Shown here piece by piece: positions 1-11,239 of a stretch of DNA of 64,000 nucleotides. Within the stretch, counting starts at the first letter, position 1; each line of letters begins with the position of its first letter. Source of the DNA: Vitrella brassicaformis CCMP3155. Lineage: Eukaryota > Protista > Chromerida. The position numbers were made by a program, and so were the translations under genes. The DNA lies in the NCBI GenBank assembly GCA_001179505.1, contig CDMY01000241.1:1-64000 (forward strand), read 5' to 3'. The notes beneath the pieces were generated by a model. The model saw only the letters and a program-made list of their open reading frames with translations, did not search any database and was not told the DNA's origin.

Positions 1-760
1 CCTCTTCTGTGGACCCCTGCGTGTCTGTGTCTTTCCACCCCTCCCCCCTCCCCTGGCCTTGGCCTTCCCATGCAATGCGACCACCCACAGTGCCCACCCT
101 GCGACACACAACAGCGAGACAGAGACCCGCCCACTCAGCAGCACGGATGCTACACATGCACGTACTGCCAGATGATGAAGCTGCCAAAAGGGCAGCCAGC
201 CAGTGCGAGAACATTGCATGAGCCATTGAATGGCATGCAACCGATGCAAGTCACTGGGTGGGTGCCATCGCTCCCATCTGCGAGTAGGGGGGCGGGAAGG
301 AAGAGAGTAGAGAGGATACAAGCGAGGCGGGCAGTAAAGCAGGCACATACAAGCTTGCATGAGGACAAGCAAGGTCACAGTGAAGAGAGTGAGTAGGAGG
401 TATAGAAAAAACAGCAGCGTGGCGACGTGTGGCGGAAAACGGAGGGGTATGGGCAGCCATAACAGAAGGCTGCGAGTAAGTGGCCACCACGATAACGTCG
501 CCAAGGAAAGACCCGACAAGTAAGTGCCTGAAAAAGACCATTCGAACCAGGAGGGCACACAAACCAGCCAGACAGAACGACCATATGGCGCCCAACCTGT
601 GATGTATACCAAACAAGCGATGGACAGTATGATCCCCAGGCAGCCGCACCACGTATGGCCCCATAGAAGTGAAGCCATCAAACCCACCTGACAACACCCA
701 GCCATCCAAATACGATCCCTACTTGCCCTCGGTCTCTGCCCTTTCTCCTTGTTCTTATCC

Positions 761-2032
761 TTAGGGACGAAAGCATCCTTGGGGACGAAAATAGGGGCCG
801 TTGGCAGGATTCAGATGACTCCAGGTGTGCGGCATGCCTTGCTTGTGGGTGGGCTGGTAGGGTGGCAGGCTGGTAGCCGTCTGCATGGAAGCCAACGATC
901 GGTTGCTCGTAGACCGGGAAAAGATCTCGCCCTCGCGGTCGAGCTCCTCCTGCTGCTCCTCCGAGATTGGCGACAGCACGGGGTGCGACGCGTTGGCACT
1001 GTGCGCTGCACGGGGTGGGCAAGAGGGGAGCGGCTGGTCAGGGGGTGAGTAGGAGGGGGGGTAGGGGCATGTGGGCGGGTGAGAAGGTGGGGGCTGCTGA
1101 TGCGGTCCAGAGAGAGTGGACGACGCCGCCGGCATGGACGCCACAGACGCGCCGGGCGGGAGGAAGGGGACATACGGCATGGGCGGAGCCATGGGCGCCA
1201 TATATGGCGCTGGCGCCATCGACGTGCCTGGCGCCGAGGACACTGACGGCCCCAATGGCGCGACGGCCATGGGTGGGCCGGCCGGCAGGGGCAGCATCGG
1301 CACACTCGCCGGCATGGACGCACTTGACGGGCACATTTGGGCCGGCAGGCTCGCTGCACCCGATGGCGGCTGCGGATACGTCTGCGGATACGTCTGCGGA
1401 TGCGGCAGAAGGGGTGCCGCCTGCTGTATCGGCCCACTGCGACGTTGGCGTCGGTTGGGCGTCGGTCGAGGGGGGCGAGAGGATGGGGCGGATGGGGGAA
1501 AGAGATCAACAGCCTCGTTGAGTGTGTGCACTCTCTCGGTATAATCACGTGCAGACACTCGGGGAACGGCGACCGGGGCAAGGGTGTGCACGTCGTAGGT
1601 GGGAGCGGCTGTCGAGATCGCCTCAGCCGAAGGGATCGCTAACGCGGGGCCGACATAGATGTCATCCGCGTTCTGTGTCCGCTCGGCGAGGCGCAGCCCT
1701 TGCTTGAGATGGTCGGCGGCCGCCTTCTCACTCGCCAATTGGAATCTCACGCCGTTGTGTAGCCGGAGGCCGTAGCGCATTTCCATGCGGGTGTGCATCT
1801 CGCTGGCCAGGTCGCCGTCGTGGAAGTGGAGAATGACGTCGCGCGAACGGCCGCCCACTGCAAAACACGCAAAGCTGCGTGTATCGAATGGGGGGAGGGA
1901 GGGGGCGGCGTTGGCCAGTATGCCGCAGATGTGCGCCTTGAGGTGGGCGGGGGGGAGGGGAGGGTCGTTGGGGTGCAGCACATTCTTGATGCGAAGTCGC
2001 CCTTGAACCGCCTGGAAGGGAATGTGTGCGAG
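761..2032 (-). CDS. Hypothetical protein or degenerate ORF: Pro/Ala/Met-rich C-terminal half, possible RRM-like N-terminal half; start uncertain
   Basis: The frame is open from 2032 to the stop at 761 with no intron needed (LAHIPFQAVQGRLRIKNVLHPNDPP...GGRSRDVILHFHDGDLASEMHTRMEMRYGLRLHNGVRFQLASE...). There is no ATG at the 5' end of the frame. A 37-nt GT-AG intron (2069-2033) would join it to an ATG at 2111. Confidence 0.4.
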   Translation of the reverse strand, partial: LAHIPFQAVQGRLRIKNVLHPNDPPLPPAHLKAHICGILANAAPSLPPFDTRSFACFAVGGRSRDVILHFHDGDLASEMHTRMEMRYGLRLHNGVRFQLASEKAAADHLKQGLRLAERTQNADDIYVGPALAIPSAEAISTAAPTYDVHTLAPVAVPRVSARDYTERVHTLNEAVDLFPPSAPSSRPPRPTPNRRQRRSGPIQQAAPLLPHPQTYPQTYPQPPSGAASLPAQMCPSSASMPASVPMLPLPAGPPMAVAPLGPSVSSAPGTSMAPAPYMAPMAPPMPYVPFLPPGASVASMPAASSTLSGPHQQPPPSHPPTCPYPPSYSPPDQPLPSCPPRAAHSANASHPVLSPISEEQQEELDREGEIFSRSTSNRSLASMQTATSLPPYQPTHKQGMPHTWSHLNPANGPYFRPQGCFRP

Positions 2033-2146
2033 CTAAGCCGAAGGAACCCTGCTGCCCAAACCCTGAAACCCGAACGGGCCGGAACTTCGGCTGGGATGAG
2101 CAGCTGTGCATCGAAGTCAGTTTTTCACTTGTGTTGAGTACAGTAG

Positions 2147-4398
2147 ATGCAGCCGTGCACACAACCGCCACCGTCATGGTAAGCAACGGATTGAAGCCAA
2201 GGCGGACATCCTTTTCTGTGTGTGTGCGCTCGATGTCAGTCCGCCACGGCCATCTGCAGCTGCAGCGAGTGGCGCCACCTCCCTCAGCCGGCGCAGTTTC
2301 GGCGACTCGCGCTCCTCGCAGTCGCAGAACATCAAGCGCTGCTGCGCCGAGTACAATGCCGCCCGGGCAGAACTCGAGAGCATCCACAACAAACTCAAGT
2401 ACGTCCGTCCGTCCACGATCGCTACGCTACGCCGCCCAAGAGGCCCGGACCAACACACGCCCTCCCTGTGTCATGTGTCATGTCAGGGCGGCCAGCACAC
2501 AAGAGGACCGCCAGTCGCTGGACGAGCAGATGGCGGCCTCCCGTGAGCGATTCTCGAGGGCCAAAAGTGCGATGGAGGAGATCCTTCGGGTCATGGAGCA
2601 GGCCAAGAGCGGCTTATCGCAGCCTGGACGGACCAGCGAGGGGTGCAAAGACTCACAGCAGGATGGTGCTCCAGCTGCTGCAGCTGGTGGTGTGGCAGCT
2701 GCTTCGTCCGCGGCCTTGGCAGCTGAGCCGGTGGCGGGCGGCGAGGACGATGCTGCTGATGGAAGTGGGGGGGCATCGCTGCCTCGACTGAGTGTAGGTG
2801 CAGGTGAGCAGGACGCAGGGCGGCAATGGAGAAACGGTTGGGTGGATGGATGGACTGGGTGTGTCTGTGTGTGGGGTTCGGCCTCCATGCCCTGCAGGTT
2901 CAGGTTGTGTATCGTGGTGCTCGCTGGGCGATGGGCGTATCGCCTTAGTGTCTGACGGTCTGCATCTGCAGGTGCACCAATGCCGGCGCAGATCATGGGA
3001 GCTTATCGCATCGATGAAGGTACATTCATTCGCTGACACGGTGGCGGCCAAGTCAAGTCAGCCCGTTCACTTATTGCCCTCTTGTCTGTCTTGTTCTCTC
3101 TCAGCTCCCTTTCGAGACTGCCCCCTCCTCTGTGAGCTGTCATCGGCTGTCACCCCGGCAGATCGTCGTCACATCACCTGCTCACATGGCCGTCTTCACT
3201 CTCTCCACCGAACCATCGCCGCCCACACTCTCCCAGGTCTTCTTCGTGCCCCTGTCTTCGCCCGTTCTCGCCCTGACGGTCACTGAGGGGCGGCGGGAGG
3301 ACGGAGGGCCTCTCCTCGCCACTCTCCATGATCCTGGCAAGGGTGACATGGTGGAGCAGGGGAGGGAGTACACTTGTCGGGTGCAGCTGTGGCATGGCGA
3401 CGGCAGCCCCTCTAGCACCCTCATGTGAGCAGTGAGCCCACAGATACGATTGAAAGAACCATGCAGCCCTGGATCCTTCACTGCGTGTTCGATGCTCAGC
3501 TGCGGCCCTTGGCGTGAGATTGTCCTCGATGGCGACCCCGGCTCCCCGTATGAAGGCACACTGACCTTTCAATCGACATCTGCGTGGCATGAGAGGGCAG
3601 AGATTGTCCTGCTGGGGGCGGTGTGGACGAAAGAGCAGGGAAGAACATTCGCATGGTGGGCGAGCATCGTCAATCGATCGAGCCAGCCCCGTTCGTTGTC
3701 TTCATGTGAGGGTATGTGTGTGCGCAGGGTCGGTGTGTCGCGAGGAGAGGGAGGGGAGGGAGATGGCCTGTGGGGCGACTGCCACCTAGGGAGAGTCGAC
3801 AGGTGCACTCCCAAGAAATGACACACACCCAACCTTCAGCAGACGGGCACGTGTCTCTGTTTCTCTCTCTCTCTGTGGCAGGGTCCATTTCCCCCCTTCC
3901 ACCCCATCCATGAAGAGCCATCAGCCGGCCAGAGCCTCTCAGCCAACATGGGACGGCTGGCCGATGGTCGTGTCCATCCCATCCGATACCACAGACACAG
4001 GCACCCCTCCCGCCGTCCGCATCCTCCCGCCGCCCCCCTTCTCCCCCACCCCTTTGTGCCACTACGCCGGCGTCCTTCTGGCCAAGTCCACAGAGGCAAC
4101 GCACCTGACCTTAGAGGCCCTGATGGTCAGGCGAGTGGCGGAGGGTGCAGGAAGTATGGAGGTGCTGGACGAGAGGATGGTAGTGAGGGGCGGGGGAGAG
4201 GGGGGCCGTGTGTTTGGTCGGCTGGTTGATCAGGAGGAGACACAGGGGCCGAAGGAGAGGCCGCAGCAGCAGCAGCAGCAGCAGATGTTCGACCCGGTCA
4301 CCCTCAGGTCGGCAGAAAGAAGGAGCAGACGATGGGTGGATGGTCATGTATGCGTGTCTGGTCTTCCTTTGGCATCAGGTTTCATAGCTTCGATGTGA
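2147..4398 (+). CDS. Multi-exon hypothetical protein: N-terminal coiled coil, C-terminal beta-rich region
   Basis: Spliced by hand: MQPCTQPPPS|CPPRPSAAAASG...SQSQNIKRCCAEYNAARAELESIHNKL|...QSLDEQMAASRERFSRAKSAMEEILRVMEQAKSG...|LPFETAPSSVSCHRLSPRQIVVTSPAHMAVFTLSTEP...|PGSFTACSMLSCGPWREIVLDGDPGSPYEGTLTF...|...PLCHYAGVLLAKSTEATHLTLEALMVRRV. Canonical GT-AG boundaries; the last exon end is less certain. Confidence 0.55.
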
Positions 4399-4626
4399 CG
4401 GCTGGTTCGTATGCGCGCTGATGGAGTGGTGGACCCGGGTGCACATGTGTCTTCCATGCGTACCATTGATTGACGTGCAAGGTCTCTAGACTATCATGAC
4501 GAGGGCGAGGCAAAGTTGCGACAGGCAGCATCGATGCGTCAACGCAGACCTCTGTCCGCCCATCTCTCGACAGACAGACAGACAGACGAACAGCCAGGCA
4601 ACTCTACAGCATCAGAAATCAGTCAG

Positions 4627-6365
4627 TCAATCTAGTTCCACGGCCAGCTGGTTGCCGAACAACGCCTGTTCGGCGGCCCCCATCACCTCACGCACTACCT
4701 TCACTGTCTGGGGGAATCTGGCTGCTCCCTCCTTGCCGGCCACCCGACGCTCCGTCGTCCAGAGGTAGGCATCGGCAAAGCCGGGGGTGCTGTAGATGTA
4801 CAGGTGGGCCTCGAATGTGTGCGAGGGCTGGTCGCCCTGCAGCACCATCATGCGCCGGAAGACTGCTTCTCCTGCCCAGTGGCTGGTGCTGATGGTGTGG
4901 CAGCCCCAGATGGGCGGCGGCTGAGTGGCGAGCGAATGCTGAAGAGAAATAGAGATATACAAATGGGGGCAGCTGGTGAGGCAATCGGGTTGTGTGTGTG
5001 ACTGACCAGTCGGTCATAGCGTGGGGCATCGACGAGCCGGTTGACATACTGGCCCGCGACCCGCGACCCTCCAGAACGCATCCTGGTCAGACACATCATG
5101 GCAGAGCGGTGCAGCCAATGTGTTCATGTGTATCATTCTGCTCATATCTCTCACTGATACAACACAGCGTCGCGGACTGAAGCAAACGCGTACGCTGCAA
5201 ACAGACATACACACGCAACCAAAAATGGTCCCCCTCCTATTGCTCTGCCTTCTCTTGCTCACCGTCAATCTCACACACGGGGCTGGCCTCGTCGTATCCA
5301 TCGCGAAAGGGGTGGTCGGCCGGCAGTGTCTGCAGGGGGCGGACGGTCAGCCGAGACCCGCCCAGCCGCTCCTCGCCATTGACGCGCTGCAGCGTCACAC
5401 CGAGGTGGCGGCCGATCAGCGAGAGCTGCCGCAGCGCCTCACACCGCCCGTCGTAGACCTCCTGGCTGCCCACCGCCTCCACAGCTCTATCGGCAACCGC
5501 CCCTCTCCCCGCCGCTGATGCTTCGCCACCCTGACGAGGGCCACCGTCGCCGCCCAGTCGCCGCTCTGCTGGACGATGTGCAGGAATCGCAGCGAATGCC
5601 CGACGGATGCCAGGTTGGAGCTGATGATGTCCTGGATGCTCTTGTCGACGAGCTGTGCATCGATCTCCATCTTGACATAGGCCTCCGACACGCGCTGGCT
5701 GCCGAGTGTGGATGTGCGGCGGAGGCGGGCGAGGCCGCCGGGGCCCAGCAGAGCGAAGAAGACGTCACGCTCGACGTCCGGTAGCAGGTCGAACAGGCCA
5801 ACGTGCTGGCCGGCCTGAAGTGAAAGGCGGCAGATTGAAAGGTGTGCGTGTCACCTGTGTGGCTGTGTGTGTATGTACCGTGTTGCCGTTGGACTGATCT
5901 CGAGGCGCCCTCTCAACTAATGTGAAGCCCTCATGCGTCTGCATCCACCACAATAGACACACACACACACGCAAGATGGATCCCTCAGCAGCTACCGGAC
6001 CAGTGGGCACATGAGAATGCCTACCTGTTGGCCGTGCGGCAATGCCTTGGCCTGGTGCGGCACCACCACAGCGAACACCTCTGTCCCCTCTACCTCCCTC
6101 ATCGACACCCTGGTCGCCAAGCCGGTCTCCTCAGTGCGATAGACGTCGGCCTTGACGTACACCTGTTTGCCCTTCTCCCGATTGGCCGTAACCATCCACA
6201 CACGCGTGCCGGTCTTGTAGCGCTCGTGGGACGACGGCAGCATCTGATGGTTGGATGGATGAAACCAACAAACCAATCAACCAGGTGAACAAGTGAATGG
6301 GCTACTCGTACCTGTGGATGCGGCAGGTCTGCGGCAGCAGATGAAGATGATGCTGCAGCCGTCAT
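4627..6365 (-). pseudogene. F-box-like protein of a lineage-expanded family, apparently frameshifted near 5483
   Basis: Exons MTAAASSSSAAADLPHPQ|MLPSSHERYKTGTRVWMV...|..GLFDLLPDVERDVFFALLGPGGLARLRRTSTLG (F-box-like)...GRLPIE[frame change]VEAVGSQEVYDGRCEALRQLSL...LPADHPFRDGYDEASPVCEID|AYAFASVRDAVLY|QMRSGG...|HSLATQPPPIWGC...FRRMMVLQGDQPSHTFEAHL...LAVELD*. The other junctions splice in frame. No usable intron exists at the 5483 frame change. Confidence 0.6.
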
Positions 6366-6728
6366 GCCGCCGCGCTGGCCAAACACAACTGCAAACAGGA
6401 GTGCAGAGGCGTACAGTGCATCCCATCTTCCGGCCGTGCTTCATCTCATCTCAATGCTCACCGACTGGTTCAGGCTCTCAGTTGAGGCTTTTCATCATCG
6501 CCAAGCACTCACAGTGAAGCAGTGGGCGCCAAACAAGCTGTGCAATGAGGCTATTCACTCATCCATTTCCCAGCGGTCGACTCATAGCTCGCACAGATCT
6601 GCAGACTTTCTCCACACACGCAACGGTGAGCTACAGAGAGGCAGAGGGTCCGCCACATACCGAAGAAAATGAAAGATATGTGTGTCTTCGTGTTTGCAGA
6701 AACTTCCCTGCGAGTCCCGTGAGGTGTC

Positions 6729-7256
6729 ATGCGTGTTCACCTGACCGTCACTATTGTGTTTCTCTGTGCGCTGATGGGCGTGGCAGTCACTGGTAACCCA
6801 TTAAGAAGGACAGGCCTGCTTCCATGTTACGGTGTATGTTGTGGTGTTGCGTTGGTCTGTGGAGGGGAGTCACCTGGCGAGCAAGTCGCTGCTGCTGCTG
6901 CCGCTGGCGATGGACAGACCAAGCAGACCAAGCAGCACGGTGTGCACTGACGCAGATGTGGCACTCCTGTCTCTCTTCACACAGACATTGCACCCCTGGT
7001 TGATGTGTGTCTGCATCTCTTTGTCAGGTGGTTCCCTCCGCGGAGGCAGAGCGGCAGAGCCTGACGAAGCCACTTCAAGTGGGTCATCATATCAACAGAC
7101 GAGCATGACAGATAAACCAAAGCAGTGCCCATGTCTGTCTGCCCACAGGCAGGGATCTCGAAATGGGACCTGCTCAACCTGTCGAACCCGGGCCTCCTAA
7201 CGGCAACGAGCCAGACCCCCCCGATGATGATTACGATGATGACGACCGACGATAGC
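6729..7256 (+). CDS. Small secreted, acidic/low-complexity protein
   Basis: Signal-peptide-like MRVHLTVTIVFLCALMGVAVT, then short exons GESPGEQVAAAAAAGDGQTKQTKQH|GGSLRGGRAAEPDEATSS|GRDLEMGPAQPVEPGPPNGNEPDPPDDDYDDDDRR*. Confidence 0.55.
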
Positions 7257-7654
7257 CGTGAGGGCACCTTCTCTCTCTCTTACTTTTTTTTCTTCTTTTT
7301 TCTGCTGCTTCTTCTTCTCTCTTTTACTTTTTGACTCGCCTGTCGGTGTCAAAAACACACCCACCATACCCACACACACGCACGCACGCACGCACGCGGA
7401 GAGAGAGAGCGAGAGAGAGAGATGCGGGAGCCTCGTGATTTGCTGCGTTTGCCGGGCGGTTTCGGCTTCTGACCTGACTGAACCCTGACTGGCCATGGAG
7501 CAGTCAATTTTTGTATGGACTGTTCACTTTTTGTATGGACTTACGCACCCCCAACACAGACAGGGAGAGAGAGAGTGAGAGAGGGCGGGAGCTCCATACA
7601 CTTTCATGTTCCCTCAGCTCAGACGTGTGTAGTTGTCTTGCTGGCCGCATACAT

Positions 7655-8310
7655 TCGATTGCTTGGGGTGTTCGTCTGTCACTGACCAGCTCACACGCCG
7701 CTCGTGATGTGGCGTGGGGCGTGGCCGGCACAAACAGCCGACAGATGATGGTTATTTCGCTAGAAGCGTCGTAGTCGACGTGTGTTACTGTAGCTGAGTC
7801 AATTTCCATGCGCACCCACCGGGGTTTTCATGCAATGAGTGAGGGCGCATTCCTTGTGTGTCTGTCGGTCGAGGGCAAGCACCCGGTCACCCGAACGCCT
7901 TCGGTGCATACAGTCATTTATTTGCATGGTAGGGTAGAGAGAGGAAGCAGACCAAAGTGGGAGTCGGTGCGTTGGCTATGTCTGTATGCGGCATGAGTGG
8001 TTGGTTACCTTGGTGTGTCGATGGTTGGATGAGAGGTGGATGCACTGATTGATGGCACGGCCGCCGTATTGGCGAGCCCACTTTTATGATACACAATACA
8101 GTACATGTCTGCATTCAATTGACTGGATGCAGTCGATTGCTTGGGGTGCTTGTTTGTTGTGTCGAGCAACGCCCACGTCGAGTCATGGACGAGGGATACC
8201 GCCCGTGATGTGGCGTGGGACGTGGCCAACACAACAGACAAACACACCCGCGGCGATCGACCAGTGATGATGACAATGGACGGCAGTTGACATTTCATGC
8301 GATCGCATGC
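7655..8310. repeat. Diverged direct duplication (two copies, about 7655-7812 and 8133-8310)
   Basis: Exact 16-mer TCGATTGCTTGGGGTG at 7655 and 8133. Near-identical CGTGATGTGGCGTGGG(G/A)CGTGGCC at 7703 and 8204. Similar 3' ends (..CATGCG). Confidence 0.7.
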
Positions 8311-8488
8311 GTTCATGGACCATCACACCGTTGATTTCAATACACGCAGTCTGTACAGACAGCTTGCAAGGGCACATACACACCCACTCACGGACGCGCA
8401 CACACTCGGATGAGTACGAGCGAGGACTTTGGATGTCCTCTCTGCTTTGTGTCGCTTGTCCGGTCTTCTTTGCTGTCTGTCCCTTCCT

Positions 8489-8532
8489 TCCCGCCATTTG
8501 GCAAAAGGCGTCCCGCCATTTGGCAAAAGGCG
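8489..8532. repeat. Perfect tandem duplication of a 22-bp unit
   Basis: TCCCGCCATTTGGCAAAAGGCG x2 (8489-8510, 8511-8532). Confidence 0.9.
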
Positions 8533-8662
8533 GTTGAGAAGAGGAACAGGAGCAGCGAAGAAGAACGAACCAGACGAACACCAGCAGTGTGCACGCGCAT
8601 CACACTATCGACAAAACACAAGACGCTGTCTGTCTGTCTGTCTGTCTCTCTGTCTCTCTGTC

Positions 8663-11238
8663 TCACTTGGCCACTAGCTGCATCTCAAGATAGTAGTTCG
8701 AGTGTCCGACGCAACTTTCCAAACGCTCTGCTTTCGCCTCTGTGATACTATAGTACGCCATGACCGTGAGGTAGCACTCCAGTGCAAAGGACCGAAGGTG
8801 GCGCAGAATCAAGGCCTCACTGTCACCCTCCAATTCCTTGAGAGACAGTAATGCCGAGAAGCCCACCCTCGCTGGCCTGACTGTTGAGACGAGCTTCATG
8901 AATGACAGCACATCTGCCTTGCCGCGTAGAGTTGGGCCAGGCGGCACGGCCATGGGCTGTTCCATCATGCGCTCGCGATGTATGGGTATGTGCATGTGGT
9001 GGATGTGGGGGCAGCGAAGCTCCCACCCAGCGATGGTCTGCGCGTCGGCAGGCCAGTCACCAGATTGGAGCTCGACACTGACGCATCTGTCGCTATCACG
9101 AACCTCATCCAACTCACTAACAGAGAGATACGACAAGAGCTCACAGCGAGCAGCTAGGCAAGACACGCCATGGAAGTCTACACGCTTGACTGCCGCCAGC
9201 CCACCCAACAACAAGCTGAGCTTGTTGGGTGCCGCGGGCAGGTCAGCAAAGGTGAGCAGTTGACCCACCACCTCCAACCGCTCGACAGTCGGGAAGCACC
9301 GGCTCGCCGCCGTCTGCCCCCCGCCCTCCCTCTCGGTCAGCCATGTGGGGATGCTGTCCAGCACGCCCGGCCCTCGTGCACCACCATTGGAGCTGAGTGC
9401 GAGTGTCTTGGCCTTGGGGAAGACGAGCTTGTCACGCCACGACTCGTCCAGGGGCGCCGTCCCGCCGAACTGCAACTCAACCTGACACACATGAAGGCAG
9501 ACACACATAGTCGACCACCTCTAATGGTCCCTCCCTCCCTCCCTCCTGGTACTGCCTTTTTGTTCCTTACCCGTCTTGCCTTGGCCGTCAGCTGTCGGGC
9601 GATATCTCCATACAGGCCGTCGCGCGCACGCGGGGCGTCCGCAGCCCCGCTGCTGCAGTCCACCGTCAGCATGTCGCGCGACGACCGCCACTCGAGCTTG
9701 CAGCTCACCCCCGCGGCCCACTCGCCGATGGGCTCTGCGTCGGCACCACCGCCCTGCGCGTACTGCACACCGATTGTCGACTCCGACACGACGAACCCCA
9801 GCTTCTTGCGCACATCTGCGTACGCAAAGCAGAGAGGATGAGCAGAACAAGTGGTGGTGGTGGTACCCACTTCTCTCAGCCGAGCCACCTTTGCGCTCTG
9901 GTTTGGTCCAGTGTTGGTCGAGGGCGTTTTTGAGCTCATTGATGCGGCCGAAGTGGTCCATCTTGATGTCGATGCCGGTGATGGTGGTGATGTTGGGGCA
10001 CTTGGCGAGGACGGCGGTGAACGCACTCCAACGCTGCGCGGCAGTGGACGCACTCCAGTGGTCGCTGACTCTGATTTGGTCGCCCTCCAGCCGCTCGATC
10101 TTGGGTGACCTCTCGATGAGGTGCGTGAGGCACTCCAACGACCCTATCGTACTGCGAGGTACTGCCGACTCGAAGACTCGTCAGAGCAGGCACAGACCAG
10201 CGACGCTTGCTGCAGATGAGCAAGCAACACAAGCAACGCGACGTCGGCCCGTCTACCCTTTCCTCGTCTAGGTGTCGTGCGTGTCAAACATGCCTCATGT
10301 AGCGGAGCCACAGACTGGATTTGACGTCCAGTTCTTTGAGTTTGGGGAAATCGATGGGCACACCTGGCGCGCGCGCATTGGTGGAAGCTGAAGGGTGCGA
10401 TGTGTCTGGGACGTGCAGCTGAGTGAGTGTGCTTCTGGACGCCTCGAGGCACTCGGCCACACACGGCACGACGGTCGGGGCATCCACGTAGGCCGTCCGG
10501 ATCTTGCCCTGCACACACATCAGTGGACATGCATACGTCACAAACTGGCCACGCCCATCTTTCTCACCAGATGCTTCATTTGCTCCAGCTTCTTTATCTT
10601 TTCGTAGTTGCTTGTCTCGTCAGCTGTCATGGCGAAATATCGGAACAGGCCGAAGGTCTCGTCGGTGGCCTTCTGGTGGGTCTCCCTGTTGACGCGTGTC
10701 AGGCGAGTTGCTGTCATTGTGGTCATGAGCGAGCCCATGTGGCCCATGACGCCCTCGGGCAGACCCGGCAGACACGGACGGCCGTAATCCTGACACACAC
10801 AAGACAGAAAAGCAATGTCTGAACTGGAGATGATCTTATTCTGTCTGTGTGTTACCCGTGCGCTGTCCCTCTGTTGCTGTGTCGCTGCAGCACCAAATAC
10901 GCCAATCGAACCACCTGATGGATATAGACAGTGTCAGACACAAACGGTGGGCCCATTATCGTGATGTTTTCGGTCTTTCGATGTGTGGGCGGTGTTATGT
11001 GTACCTCCACTACTCGCGGCAGCAGCGGCAGCCGGGCTGGCGGCCAAGCGTGAGCGCTTCCCATCGCCAACAGATACCTGGACATTGATCCAAACGAGTT
11101 TGTGTGTCCGTCTGTGTGTGTCCGTCTGTGTGTGTGTCTGTGGGGTGTGCATACCGCCTTGGTGTGCTGTGCCGTCTTGTCGGTCTCGCCCGAGCTCTCA
11201 GACACGCCGGGGGACGGTCGTGGACATTGTACAGCCAT
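8663..11238 (-). pseudogene. F-box-like/LRR-like protein of a lineage-expanded family; possible frameshift near 10145
   Basis: Exons ...DYGRPCLPGLPEGVMGHMGSLMTTMTATRLTRVNR (F-box-like)...|GKIRTAYVDAPTVVPCVAECLEASRSTLTQLHV..FPKLKELDV..|SKRRWSVPALTSLRV..[frame change]..LECLTHLIERSPKIERLEGD..LAKCPNITTITG..|..LVFPKAKTLALS..FPTVERLEV..LAAVKRVDF..YLEMQLVAK*. It may be intact if a 34-nt intron is used at the frame change. Confidence 0.5.
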
Positions 11239-11239
11239 C

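Noticed and set aside
967-1642. Several plus-strand ORFs overlapping the 761-2032 minus ORF
   Set aside because: Antisense shadows of GC-rich coding sequence with no recognisable motifs.
2057-2070. AAACCCTGAAACCC, resembling telomeric TT(T/C)AGGG repeats
   Set aside because: Only about two units; expected by chance and not an array.
3424-3466. In-frame TGA (3426-3428) between two collinear ORFs, suggesting selenocysteine or readthrough
   Set aside because: A 42-nt GT..AG intron (3425-3466) removes the TGA and keeps the frame (CTC AT|C CCT GGA). No Sec-type motif context and no SECIS was recognised.
7508-7542. Short direct repeat TTTTTGTATGGACT x2
   Set aside because: Two copies with a 6-7 nt spacer; not a CRISPR array, and most simply a local duplication.
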